From Eledone cirrhosa (lineage: Eukaryota), in NCBI GenBank assembly GCA_964016885.1, contig OZ024757.1, positions 42,470,001 through 42,534,000 on the forward strand: DNA of 64,000 nucleotides, written 5' to 3'. Under the pieces are notes generated by a model. The model had not been told where the DNA came from. It was given only the letters and a program-made list of their open reading frames with translations, and ran no database searches. Shown here one piece after another: positions 1 to 16,000 of the stretch (its first letter is position 1; each line of letters starts with the position of its first letter). The translations under genes were made by a program, and so were the position numbers.

Positions 1-439
1 ACCCTGGTAAAATTTACAGTCCTCATCGGGGCAAGGTACGGTGTGGTCAACTCTGGTCAGACTTGCCTCCCACTGTGGACGACCCGCCTAACCCATGCTA
101 GCAAATAACCACTAAACGGTGATGATGATAATATATATATATATGTATATATAATATATATATATATATATATAGAGAGAAAGAGAGAGGTCAGTTGCTC
201 TGTTTGGGTAATGATTCTGTGTTAGCAGGGAAGACAGGCGTTAAAGGATGATGGTGATGATGATGATGTATATATGTGTTGACAAGAAACTGACCTCTGC
301 TATATAGTGGGAGGAGGGGGTCAATAGATTAAGTACCAGTAATATACTGGGTCAATTCCATTCACTATAATCCTCTTTAACAGATATAAGATAGAAAAAA
401 AACTGTCCTTGTGACTAGCCACAGAAAATCGATAGTAAC

Positions 440-1581
440 GCATGTGTGTGTGTATGTGTGTGTATTTATGTGTGTGTGTCTGTGTGTGTCTGTATTTATG
501 TGTGTGTGTGTATGTGTGTGTATTTATGTGTGTGTGTATGTATGTGTGTGTGTCTGTATTTATGTGTGTGTGTGTGTCTGTATTTATGTGTGTGTGTATG
601 TCTGTCTGTATTTATGTGTGTGTGTGTGTGTGTCTGTATTTATGTGTGTGTGTGTCTCTATTTATGTGTGTGTATGTGTGTCTGTATTTATGTGTGTGTG
701 TGTGTCTGTATTTGTGTGTGTGTGTGTGTGTCTGTATTTATGTATGTGTGTGTCTGTATTTATGTGTGTGTGTGTGTGTGTCTGTATTTATGTGTGTGTG
801 TCTGTATGTGTGTGTGTGTGTGTCTGTATTTATGTGTGTGTGTGTCTGTATGTGTGTGTGTGTGTCTGTATTTATGTGTGTGTGTGTCTGTATTTATGTG
901 TGTGTGTGTCTGTATTTATGTGTGTGTGTATGTGTCTGTATTTATGTGTGTGTGTATGTGTGTCTGTATTTATGTGTGTATGTGTCTGTATTTATGTGTG
1001 TGTGTCTGTATTTATGTGTGTGTGTGTGTCTGTATTTATGTGTGTATGTGTCTGTATTTATGTGTGTGTGTATGTGTCTGTATTTATGTGTGTGTGTATG
1101 TGTGTCTGTATTTATGTGTGTGTGTGTCTGTATTTATGTGTGTGTGTGTGTGTCTGTATTTATGTGTGTGTGTGGGTGTCTGTTTATGTGTGTGTGTGGG
1201 TGTCTGTTTATGTGCTAAAGTGTGTGTGGGTTTGTGTGTGTGTGTGTGTCTGTGTGAGTGTCTGTGGGTTTATATATGTGTGTGTGTGTGTGGGTTTATG
1301 GGTGTGTGTGTCTGTTTGTGTCTGTGGGTTTATGTATGTGTGTGTGTGCAGAATACTATGTATATGTGTGTGTATGTGTAAAACAGACTACACAATATTG
1401 TGTGTGAGCTGTCTGTGTGTGTGTGTATCTGCATGTGTCTGTGTATGTATGGATGTGTGTATGTGTGCATGTGAATATATGTGTGTATATGTGTATGTGT
1501 ATGTACATGTGTGTGTGTGCATATGTGTATGTGTATATGTGTGTGTATGTGTACATGTGTTTATATGTGTATGTATGTATA

Positions 1582-1634
<53 letters not shown>

Positions 1635-1698
1635 ATGTATGTATGTGTATATATGTATATATGCATGTGTGTGTATGTGTATGCATATATGTATGTGT
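440..1698. repeat. Compound (TG)n / tctgtatttatg minisatellite
   Basis: Directly visible. Confidence 0.95.
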
Positions 1699-1762
1699 AA
1701 ACCAATCACTATACAATATTCTGGTGCAAATATGATATTGATTGATTGATCCCATCTGTATA

Positions 1763-1789
1763 TCACTACCACTACTACTACTACTACCA

Positions 1790-1823
<34 letters not shown>

Positions 1824-1882
1824 CACTACCACTACTACTACTACTACTACCACTACCACTACTACCACTACTACTACTACTA

Positions 1883-1928
<46 letters not shown>

Positions 1929-1960
1929 CACTACTACCACTACTACCACTACTACTACTA

Positions 1961-1991
<31 letters not shown>

Positions 1992-2023
1992 CACTACCAC
2001 TACTACCACTACTACTACTACTA

Positions 2024-2060
<37 letters not shown>

Positions 2061-2083
2061 CACTACTACCACTACTACCACTA

Positions 2084-2117
<34 letters not shown>

Positions 2118-2128
2118 CACTACCACTA

Positions 2129-2162
<34 letters not shown>

Positions 2163-2254
2163 CACTACTACCACTACTACTACCACTACCACTACTACCA
2201 CTACCACTACCACTACTGCCACTACTACTACCACTACCACTACTACCACTACTA

Positions 2255-2297
<43 letters not shown>

Positions 2298-2338
2298 CAC
2301 TACCACTACTACCACTACTACTACTACTACCACTACTA

Positions 2339-2384
<46 letters not shown>

Positions 2385-2440
2385 CACTACCACTACTACC
2401 ACTACTACTACTACCACTACTACTACTACTACTACCACTA

Positions 2441-2486
<46 letters not shown>

Positions 2487-2527
2487 CACTACCACTACTA
2501 CCACTACCACTACTACTACTACCACTA

Positions 2528-2573
<46 letters not shown>

Positions 2574-3299
2574 CACTACCACTACTACCACTACTACCAC
2601 CACTACTACCACCACTACTACCACTACTACTACTACCACTACTACTACCACTACTACTACTACTACTACTATTACCACTACCACTACCACTACCACTACT
2701 ACCACTACCACTACTACCACTACCACTACTACTACCACTACTACTACCACCACTACCACTACCACTACTACCACCACCACTACTACTACCACCACTACTA
2801 CTACTACTACCACTACTACTACTACTACCACCACTACTACTACCACTACTACTACTACTACCACTACTACTACTACTACTACCACCACTACTACCACTAC
2901 TACTACTACCACTACTACTACTACTACTACTATTACTACTACCACTACTAATATTACTACTGCTACCACTACTACTGCTACTACTACTACTACTACCACC
3001 ACCACCACCACTACTACTACTACTACTATCACCGCCACCACCACTACTACTACTACCGCCACCACTACTACTACTGCTAATACCACTACTACTACTACCA
3101 CCACCACTACTAATACTACTACTACTACTACTAATACTGCTGCTACTACTACTACTGCTACTACTCTGGTTACTACTACCACTATTACTACTGCTACTAC
3201 TACTAGTGGTGGTAGTAGTAGTATTAGTAGTAGTAGTTGTAGTGGTGGTGGTGGTGGTGGTGGTGGTGGTGGTGGTGGTGGTGGCGGCGGCGGCGGTGA

Positions 3300-3361
<62 letters not shown>

Positions 3362-3366
3362 TTAGC

Positions 3367-3422
<56 letters not shown>

Positions 3423-3557
3423 TAGTAGTGGTAGTAGTAGTGGTAGTAGTAGTAATAATAGTAGTAGTAGTAGTAGTAGTAGTGGTAGTAGTGGTAGTAG
3501 TAGTAGTGGTAGTAGTAGTGGTAGTAGTAGTGGTAGTAGTAGTAGTGGTAGTAGTAA

Positions 3558-3591
<34 letters not shown>

Positions 3592-3625
3592 TGTAGTAGT
3601 AGTAATGGTAGTAGTAGTAGTAGTG

Positions 3626-3671
<46 letters not shown>

Positions 3672-3682
3672 TAGTAGTAGTG

Positions 3683-3725
<43 letters not shown>
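1763..3725. repeat. (CTA/CCA)n array switching to its complement (TAG/TGG)n at about 3204
   Basis: Directly visible. Confidence 0.95.
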
Positions 3726-3726
<1 letters not shown>

Positions 3727-4127
3727 TCCATGTTTAACAGACAAAATCTAGATGCTGCCAATACTGTGATATTGATACCTGTCTCAGTCACACACACATG
3801 TACACACACACACACATGTACACACATGTATGTGTACATGTGTGAGTGAGTGTGTGTGTGTGTGAGTGTGTGTGCGTGTGAGTGAGTGTGTGTGAGTGTG
3901 AGTAAGTGTGAGTATGCGTGAGTGTGTGAGTGTGTATGTGTGTGTGTGTGAGTGTGTATGTGTGAGTGTGAGCGTGAGTGTGTATGTGAGTGTGTTGTAC
4001 ATATATATCTTGATGTATGTATAAATTAATATACAAGTGAGAATTGATAAGGATATATCTGTCACTATGTGTATATATACATGTGTGTATATATACATGT
4101 GTGTATATATACATGTGTGTAATATAC

Positions 4128-4204
<77 letters not shown>

Positions 4205-4257
4205 CATGTGTGTAAATATGCATGTATATATATATAATATTTATATATGCATGTGTA

Positions 4258-4300
<43 letters not shown>

Positions 4301-4310
4301 TATGAGTTTG

Positions 4311-4500
4311 TAGACGGTGGATTGGCAGTATCGGAAGAGGGTCAGACGCCATGCTTTCCAGCATAGTTACGTCCCTTTATGATCTGAGTTCAAATCCTGC
4401 CGAGGTTGACTTTGCCTTTCATCCTTACGGGGTCGATAAAATAAAGTACCAGTAATGCACTGAGTAATTGCTGGCCTTGTGCCTAAAGTAGAAACAATTA
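4311..4500 (+). mobile_element. tRNA-derived SINE family 1 (Meta-like core)
   Basis: A box tggcagtatcgg, B box gagttcaaatcc, core ctttcatccttacggggtcgataaaataaagtacc. Partial copies at about 5196-5298, 6300-6370, 53895-53990 and 61275-61390. Confidence 0.85.
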
Positions 4501-4539
4501 TATATGTATGCAAGATTATATACATTTACACGAGGTCCG

Positions 4540-4808
4540 AACATGAAGGAACAGACTCCCGCTGTCACTGTCTCTCTCATTCTCTCCCCATGGCCCTGAT
4601 GGACAGAATAGAGAAGGTGTTTCCCCAGAGGATGGTGAGGGAAACGGCTGGAAGAGCAGCCATTCCAGGTCGCGAGGCTGACATCTACGGGTAGCCAACT
4701 CCGTGCTGATGGTGGTGAGTAGCGGGGTGGCCTTAGGGCCGACGACACCAGAAGTCTCCACTGCTACAGGCTGCACTGCCAACCTGTTGGAGAGCAACCA
4801 ATATTTGC
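4540..4808 (-). mobile_element. CRE-clade (restriction-like endonuclease) non-LTR retrotransposon 3' fragment
   Basis: KY...VQPVAVETSGVVGPKATPLL...LATRRCQPRDLEWL, then frameshifted ILWGNTFSIL. Resembles the CRE C-terminal P-A-ET-G...RGNA motif. Confidence 0.65.
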
Positions 4809-5404
4809 ATTTATGTGCACATTTATGCAGGTGTATATATGTATATCTATGATGTGTGTATATGTCAATGTACATATGTGTGTGTAAGTGACCATGTATG
4901 TGTATATGATGTGTATATGTATATATGTGCATGGATATATATTTGGGCATAGTTGTGTTGATATATGTACACACATATATGTGCATAGGTATATATGTGT
5001 GTGTGTATCTGTGCATATGTATATGTGATTATGTATGTGCATGTATGTGTACATATGTATGCATATACACATGTATGTACCTAGATATGTGTGTATGTAC
5101 ATATGTATGATATATGTGTGTGTATGTTTGTAAGTTTAGGGTTTTGCAGAAGATATTTGATGTGGTAAAGGTAAAAAACTGCCATTAAATATAAAGCTGA
5201 GGTTAACTTTGCCTTTCATCCTTATGGAGTCGATAAAATAAAGTACCAGTAATGCACTGGGATAATTGCTGGCCTTGTGCCAAAAGTAGAAACAATTAAA
5301 TATAAAGGGATGTGGCAATAATGAAAGTATTGTGTACAGGGGTGAGGTAGACTACAACAAGGCATGTGACAATAATGAAAGTATTGTGTACAGTGGTGAG
5401 GTAG

Positions 5405-6033
5405 ACTACTGCTAGTAATATAGTAATACTACTGATAGTACTATAGTAATAGTACTGCTAGTACTATAGTAATAGTACTGCTAGTAATATAGTAATACTA
5501 CTGCTAGTAATATAGTAATAGTACTGCTAGTAATATAGTAATACTACTGCTAGTACTATAGTAATAGTACTGCTAGTACTATAGTAATAGTACTGCTAGT
5601 AATATAGTAATACTACTGCTAGTACTATAGTAATACTGCTGCTAGTAATATAGTAATAGTACTGCTAATAATATAGTAATACTACTGCTAGTAATATAGT
5701 AATAGTACTGCTAGTAATATAGTAATACTACTGCTAGTACTATAGTAATAGTACTGCTAGTAATATAGTAATACTACTGCTAGTAATATAGTAATACTAC
5801 TGCTAGTACTATAGTAATAGTACTGCTAGTAATATAGTAATACTACTGCTAGTACTATAGTAATAGTACTGCTAGTAATATAGTAATACTACTGCTAGTA
5901 ATATAGTAATACTACTGCTAGTAATATAGTAATAGTACTGCTAGTAATATAGTAATACTACTGCTAGTAATATAGTAATAGTACTGCTAGTAATATAGTA
6001 ATACTACTGCTAGTAATATAGTAATACTACTGC
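5405..6033. repeat. 23-bp minisatellite (ctagtaatatagtaatactactg), about 27 copies
   Basis: Directly visible. Confidence 0.95.
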
Positions 6034-6142
6034 GACAACAACAACAACTGCAATCTATTTAACACATACAGTACATAATTTACACAAATATAATTTACAC
6101 ACTATCGCAATAAAAACTATACTAGACGTATAAAGCTTATTA

Positions 6143-6256
<114 letters not shown>

Positions 6257-6837
6257 CATTATATCAATCATAGATAGATAGTTAGATAGGTAGATAGATA
6301 CAATTGTTTGGCACAAGGCCGGCAATTACCCAGTGTATTACTGGTACTTTATTTTATCGACCCCGTAAGGTAGATAGATATAATGTATATATATATATAT
6401 ACACTCGTTTGGATGTACAAATGAATGAGTACTCAATATATGTAATCGAGTGGATTCACAGGTAATGTGTGTGTGTGTATTTTTCACTATCTGTGTATGT
6501 TTGTACACACATTCACACACACACATGTATGTTTGTACACACATTCACACACACAGCGAGCAACACCGACACACACACACATACACAGATGTTGAGGCAG
6601 GTAACGTGTTGGTGAGGACGGGAAGAGACTTCAAGGTTGCGGTGGGAGAGAGATAAAAAGTCAGGATGCTTTAAACCTTTGTACTGTCTCCACTGACTGT
6701 AGAGGGGGGGGGGGAATATCTGAGATTCTAAAGGGTTACTGTAGGTATATATGTATTTATGTATGTGTATGTGTGTGTGTGTGTATGTCATCAATATTTA
6801 AGACTCTTTAGAGTATATATATGTATATATGTATATA

Positions 6838-6910
<73 letters not shown>

Positions 6911-6935
6911 TTATATGTATGTATATATACATATG

Positions 6936-6979
<44 letters not shown>

Positions 6980-7065
6980 TATATATATGTATATGTATAT
7001 ATATGTATATGTATGTATATATACGTATGTATATATATATATATACATATATATATGTATATATG

Positions 7066-7099
<34 letters not shown>

Positions 7100-7119
7100 T
7101 AAATATATATATATATATG

Positions 7120-7153
<34 letters not shown>

Positions 7154-7566
7154 TATATACATATGTATATGTATATAATCAATCACTAGAGGCTAGGAAG
7201 TCGGCTGGCGGTATATATACTTACATATATATACACACACACACATATATATATATATAGGAAAAAGTATGACCCCGACGGCAGAGCTCAAGCCGTTTCG
7301 ACGGCTATTTCTTTGGTGCATTATGGTCCATCTGGTTCCTTACCACAATTCCTTCGTTATATATATATATATCTGTGTGTGTGTGTGTGTGAATATATGT
7401 AAGTATATATATGTATGTATAGTCAATCACAAGAGGCTAGGGAGTTGCTGATGAGTCAACAAATCACCTGAAACACACCTTTTTCTAACACTCCTCATCA
7501 CCAATGATACATACACTGGAGGTTGTTTTATTTTTCTTTCATTTCTTTTATGAATATATGTGTATG

Positions 7567-7659
<93 letters not shown>

Positions 7660-7969
7660 ATATATATTTCCCCATTAAATGTGTTCAAATGTATGTATGT
7701 ATGAATGTATACATACACACACATTTATATATATATATGGTTGAGGATACTATATATACATGTGTATGAGTGTGTGTTCGTTTAAATGTACTGATAGTCA
7801 GTATTCTAGTCCTCTCTATACCTTTATATACATTATGTGTGTGTATATATATAGGTGTATATAGGTGTATATGTGCATGATTGGGAGCATGTGAGTGTGA
7901 ACGAGGGGGAATCTCAGTATGTGTGTATGTGTGTATATGTATATATGTGTGTATATATGTGTACACCTG

Positions 7970-8584
<615 letters not shown>

Positions 8585-8704
8585 AATTTAATCTGGTAAT
8601 CATAATGTATTTATTATTTCACTACTACAACCAAACCATTGCATTGTTCTTATGCGCAGCTGTGAGTCTCCTTCTCTCTCTCTCTCTCTCTCTGTGAGTC
8701 TCCC

Positions 8705-8741
<37 letters not shown>

Positions 8742-9277
8742 GCCATGGCTCTGTGTCAGTGTCTGTCTGTGTGTCAGTGTGTGCGTCTCTCTGCATGTGT
8801 CACGGGTGTATTTAGAAAGAGGAGTCATCTCCACACGTCCACTCACCTGCAGCAGTGTGCAGTGGGCATCGTTTCAGGTGTTTCCACACGAAATTAACAG
8901 GTGAAGCAGGAGAGAACAAAGAGGAGGTGTATTGACAAAAGGTATTGAGAGTGGGGGAGGGGGCAGGGTTTGTAGCACACAATACAACTTATACGGACGT
9001 TAAGTGGAGGCTAGTGATAACACTGTAGAGCGCCTTTTGAGGACTTCATACACACACACACACACACACAGATATATATATATCATATATGCATATATAT
9101 ATCATATATATATATGCATATATGGAAGTATACATTATATATATATATATATATTATATTTATATTATATATATATATATAATATACATATATAGACACA
9201 CACACATATATATATATATATATGCAGGGTATCCCCCAAAAATGTATACACACTTTTTTTAGAATACTATTGAAGTG

Positions 9278-9353
<76 letters not shown>

Positions 9354-9877
9354 ATAGAGAATGAGAGGTGTGTGTAAATGCAGCTGTAGGTAGACAAATG
9401 GTACAATTCAGAGAGAGAGAGGGGGGAGGGAGAGAGAGGGAGAGAGAGAGAGAGGAAGTGAGAGAGAGAGAGAGAGAAAGAGGGGAAGAGAGGGAGGAAT
9501 AATGGAAAACTAGTTAAATAAATAGATATATCGACAAAAAGAATCAGATTCTATAATATATCATACATAATGAGTGGAGAGGAATATACAGGGACACAGT
9601 ACTTCTACTGTATATAATATATATATATATACACACACACACATATATATATATACATATATACACACATATATATATATACATACATATATATACATGC
9701 ATACATACATATACACATGCATATACACATATATATATATATATTTAATATATATATGCATACATGTATATATATGTGTGTGTGTGTATATATATGCATA
9801 CATCCAAATACACAGATATATATATACACACACATATATACATGCATACATACATATACAGACACATATATACACAG

Positions 9878-9912
<35 letters not shown>

Positions 9913-10560
9913 TATATATATACGTGCATACATACATATACACAGATATATACCCACACACACACGTATATATATATATATATATATATACACAAGCATG
10001 TACATATATACACACACACACACGTACATATATATACACACACACGTACATATATATATATACACACACACACGTACATATATATATACACACACACACG
10101 TACATATATATATATATACACATACACGTACATATATATATACACACACACACGTACATATATATATATATACACACACACGTAAATATATATATATACA
10201 CACACACACGTACATATATATATACACACACACGTACATATATATATACACACACACACGTACATATATATATATATACACACACACACACGTACATATA
10301 TATATACACACACACACACGTACATATATATATACACACACACACGTACATATAAATATATACACACACACACGTACATATATATATATATATACACACA
10401 CACACGTACATATATATATACACACACACACACGTACATATATATATATACACACACACACGTACATATATATATATATATATACACACACAGTGATATA
10501 TGGAAGCAGGATACACAATAATTGTAATGAATTGCTGAACTGGTAAGAAGCCGGCTGAAG

Positions 10561-10818
10561 GTTACCAGTCAGTGGTGCTGGTCATACTAACATAACTAGT
10601 GACTATTAGTGACTACTATAACTATATACTATAGACACTGTAGGGTTAGAGTTACCAGTCAGTGGTGCTAGTCATACTAACATAACTAGTGACTATTAGT
10701 GACTACTATAACTATATACTATAGACACTGTAGGGTTAGAGTTACCAGTCAGTGGTGCTGGTCATACTAACATAACTAGTGACTATTAGTGACTACTATA
10801 ACTATATACTATAGACAC
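10561..10818. repeat. 90-bp tandem repeat, about 3 copies
   Basis: Unit starts gttaccagtcagtggtgct at 10561, 10651 and 10741. Confidence 0.95.
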
Positions 10819-11873
10819 ACAATATATAGTGTTATAGTAATACTATAGGTAATGTATGGTGTTACAGTCATACCACAATATATAGTATTATAGTAATACT
10901 ATAGGTAATGTATGGTGTTACATTCATACCACAATATATAGTATTATATTAATACTATAGGTAATATATGGTGTTACAGTCATACCACAATATATAGTGT
11001 TATAGTAATACTATAGGTAATGTATGGTGTTACAGTCATACCACAATATATAGTGTTATAGTAATACTATAGGTAATGTATGGTGTTACAGTCATACCAC
11101 AATATATAGTATTATATTAATACTATAGGTAATATATGGTGTTACAGTCATACCACAATATATAGTGTTATAGTAATACTATAGGTAATGTATGGTGTTA
11201 CAGTCATACCACAATATATAGTGTTATAGTAATACTATAGGTAATGTATGGTGTTACAGTCATACCACAATATATAGTATTATAGTAATACTATAGGTAA
11301 TGTATGGTGTTACAGTCATACCACAATATATAGTGTTATAGTAATACTATAGGTAATGTATGGTGTTACAGTCATACCACAATATATAGTGTTATAGTAA
11401 TACTATAGGTAATGTATGGTGTTACAGTCATACCACAATATATAGTATTATAGTAATACTATAGGTAATGTATGGTGTTACAGTCATACCACAATATATA
11501 GTATTATAGTAATACTATAGGTAATGTATGGTGTTACAGTCATACCACAATATATAGTGTTATAGTAATACTATAGGTAATGTATGGTGTTACAGTCATA
11601 CCACAATATATAGTGTTATAGTAATACTATAGGTAATATATGGTGTTACAGTCATACCACAATATATAGTGTTATAGTAATACTATAGGTAATATATGGT
11701 GTTACAGTCATACCACAATATATAGTGTTATAGTAATACTATAGGTAATGTATGGTGTTACAGTCATACCACAATATATAGTATTATAGTAATACTATAG
11801 GTAATGTATGGTGTTACAGTCATACCACAATATATAGTATTATAGTAATACTATAGGTAATGTATGGTGTTAT
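10819..11873. repeat. 56-bp minisatellite, about 19 copies
   Basis: acaatatatagtgttatagtaatactataggtaatgtatggtgttacagtcatacc. Confidence 0.95.
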
Positions 11874-12335
11874 GTGAAAGTGTGTGGTTTACCTGTTAGA
11901 GAGTTGGATTTGCAATCTTGGGATTGTGAGTTCAATTCTTGGACCAGGTGATGTGTTGTGTCCTTGAACAAGACACTTTATTTCACGTTGCTCCTTCTGC
12001 GAGGAGTTGTGACTGGTAGATAGTATCAGCAATGGAAAGACCAATGGAAACATTGTTTCCTTGGTCCGATTTGACAAGGTCCACCCCACCTGGCAAGTGA
12101 ATGAGGTCTGGGGTCTTGTTGATTGATCAGAGCGATGGTGTTAAATACTATAGACAATATAGGGTGTTACAGACATACGATAGGCAATATAGGGTGTTAC
12201 TTATACTATAGGCAATACATGAGGTGTCAGCCATTCTATTGACACTGGGAAAGGTTATAGTCACACTACAGACATTGAAAATGGTTGTAACCATTCTATT
12301 GACAATGATCAAGAAGTTAGAACCATATATATACT

Positions 12336-12462
<127 letters not shown>

Positions 12463-12811
12463 AGAGAGGGAGAGAAGGGGCAGATAGAGGGACTGATTGA
12501 TGTTATAGCCATACATACATACATACATACATACATACATACATACATACATACATACATACACACATACATACATACACACATAGTAATACATACATAC
12601 ATACATAGTAATACAAGACATACTAGAAATACTTATGAGACTATTATAATAATCATAGTGGAGAGAGAGAGAGAGACTGTGATACAACTATACTATGAAT
12701 GGTGATATAGTTATAGTACAGTTATTACTAGTAGAGAGAGAGAGATAGAGACTGTGTAATACTATACTATCAATGGCTATATGCTGATATAGTTAGTTAT
12801 AGTAGTTATAC

Positions 12812-12866
<55 letters not shown>

Positions 12867-13059
12867 GATACAACCATACTATCAATCGTAATATAGTTAT
12901 AGTACAGTTATTACTAGTAATGATTATTTCTATCCCACCATCATTGTTCTAATTTCAGCAGTTACACTGACAACAACAGTACTATTGAATATAGTGATAC
13001 TATACTACTGCAAATAGTACTACACTACTACCATTAGTTCTATAGACATTATACCGTTC

Positions 13060-16000
13060 TATCAATACTATACCACTGTAGTAGTTATACCAATACTATA
13101 CCACTGTAGTAGTTATACCAATACTATACCACTGTAGTAGTTATACCAATACTATACCACTGTAGTAGCTATACCACTACTATACCACTGTAGTAGCTAT
13201 ACCAATACTATACCACTGTAGTAGTTATACCAATACTATACCACTGTTGTAGCTATACCAATGTTATACCACTGTAGTAGCTATACCAATACTATACCAC
13301 TAGTAGTTATACCAATACTATACGACTGTAATAGTTATATCAATACTATACCACTGTAGTAGTTATACCAATACTATACCACTGTAGTAGTTATACCAAT
13401 ACTATACCACTGTAGTAGTTATACCAATACTATACCACTGTAGTAGTTATACCAATACTATACCACTGTAGTAGTTATACCAATACTATACCACTGTAGT
13501 AGTTATATCAATACTATACCACTGTAGTAGTTATATCAATACCATACCACTGTAGTAGCTATACCAATACTATACCACTGTTGTAGCTATACCAATGCTA
13601 TACCACTGTAGTAGCTATACCAATACTATACCACTAGTAGTTATACCAATACTATACGACTGTAATAGTTATATCAATACTATACCACTGTAGTAGTTAT
13701 ACCAATACTATACCACTGTAGTAGTTATACCAATACTATACCACTGTAGTAGTTATACCAATACTATACCACTGTAGTAGTTATACCAATACTATACCAC
13801 TGTAGTAGTTATACCAATACTATACCACTGTAGTAGTTATACCAATACTATACCACTGTAGTAGTTATATCAATACTATACCACTGTAGTAGTTATATCA
13901 ATACCATACCACTGTAGTAGCTATACCAATACTATACCACTGTTGTAGCTATACCAATGCTATACCACTGTAGTAGCTATACCAATACTATACCACTAGT
14001 AGTTATACCAATACTATACGACTGTAATAGTTATATCAATACTATACCACTGTAGTAGTTATACCAATACTATACCACTGTAGTAGTTATACCAATACTA
14101 TACCACTGTAGTAGTTATACCAATACTATACCACTGTAGTAGTTATACCAATACTATACCACTGTAGTAGTTATACCAATACTATACCACTGTAGTAGTT
14201 ATATCAATACTATACCACTGTAGTAGTTATATCAATACCATACCACTGTAGTAGCTATACCAATACTATACCACTGTAGTAGTTATACTAATACTATACC
14301 ACTGTAGTAGTTATATCAATACTATACCACTGTAGTAGTTATATCAATACTATACCACTGTAGTAGCTATACCAATACTATACCACTGTAGTAGTTATAC
14401 CAATACTATACCACTGTAGTAGTTATACCAATACTATACCACTGTAGTAGTTATATCAATACTATACCACTGTAGTAGTTATATCAATACCATACCACTG
14501 TAGTAGCTATACCAATACTATACCACTGTAGTAGTTATACCAATACTATACCACTGTAGTAGTTATACCAATACTATACCACTGTAGTAGTTATATCAAT
14601 ACTATACCACTGTAGTAGTTATATCAATACCATACCACTGTAGTAGCTATACCAATACTATACCACTGTAGTAGTTATACTAATACTATACCACTGTAGT
14701 AGTTATACCAATACTATACCACTGTAGTAGTTATATCAATACTATACCACTGTAGTAGTTATATCAATACTATACCACTGTAGTAGTTATACCAATACTA
14801 TACCACTGTAGTAGTTATACCAATACTATACCACTGTAGTAGTTATATCAATACTAAACCACTGTAGTAGTTATACCAATACTATACCACTGTAGTAGTT
14901 ATACCAATACTATACCACTGTAGTAGCTATACCAATATTATACCACTGTAGTAGTTATATCAATACTATACCACTGTAGTAGTTATACCAATACTATACC
15001 ACTGTAGTAGCTATACCAATACTATACCACTGTAGTAGTTATATCAATACCATACCACTGTAGTAGCTATACCAATACTATACCACTGTAGTAGTTATAC
15101 CAATACTATACCACTGTAGTAGTTATATCAATACTATACCACTGTAGTAGTTATATCAATACCATACCACTGTAATAGTTATATCAATACTATACCACTG
15201 TAGTAGTTATACCAATACTATACCACTGTAGTAGTTATACCAATACTATACCACTGTAGTAGTTATATCAATACTATACCACTGTAGTAGTTATACCAAT
15301 ACTATACCACTGTAGTAGTTATATCAATACTATACCACTGTAATAGTTATATCAATACTATACCACTGTAGTAGTTATACCAATACTATACCACTGTAGT
15401 AGTTATACCAATACTATACCACTGTAGTAGCTATACCAATACTATACCACTGTAGAAGCTATACCAATACTATACCACTGTAGTAGTTATATCAATACTA
15501 TACCACTGTAGTAGTTATACCAATACTATACCACTGTAGTAGTTATATCAATACTATACCACTGTAGTAGCTATACCAATACTATACCACTGTAGAAGCT
15601 ATACCAATACTATACCACTGTAGTAGTTATACCAATACTATACCACTGTAGTAGTTATATCAATATTATACCACTGTAGTAGCTATACCAATACTATACC
15701 ACTGTAGTAGTTATATCAATAATATACCACTGTAGTAGTTATACCAATACCATACAACTGTAGTAGCTATACCAATACTATACCACTGTAGTAGTTATAT
15801 CAATACTATACCACTGTAGTAGTTATACCAATACTATACCACTGTAGTAGTTATACCAATACTATACCACTGTAGTAGTTATACCAATACTATACCACTG
15901 TAGTAGTTATACCAATACTATACCACTGTAGTAGTTATATCAATACTATACCACTGTAGTAGTTATACCAATACTATACAACTGTAGTAGCTATACCAAT

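Noticed and set aside
411-4364. Long ORFs of CV/YI/poly-L/V/S/T
   Set aside because: These are translations of di- and trinucleotide microsatellites with no real coding signal.
7441-7495. CTGATGAG...GAAAC hammerhead-like motif
   Set aside because: No convincing stem II or stem III; at best a decayed copy.
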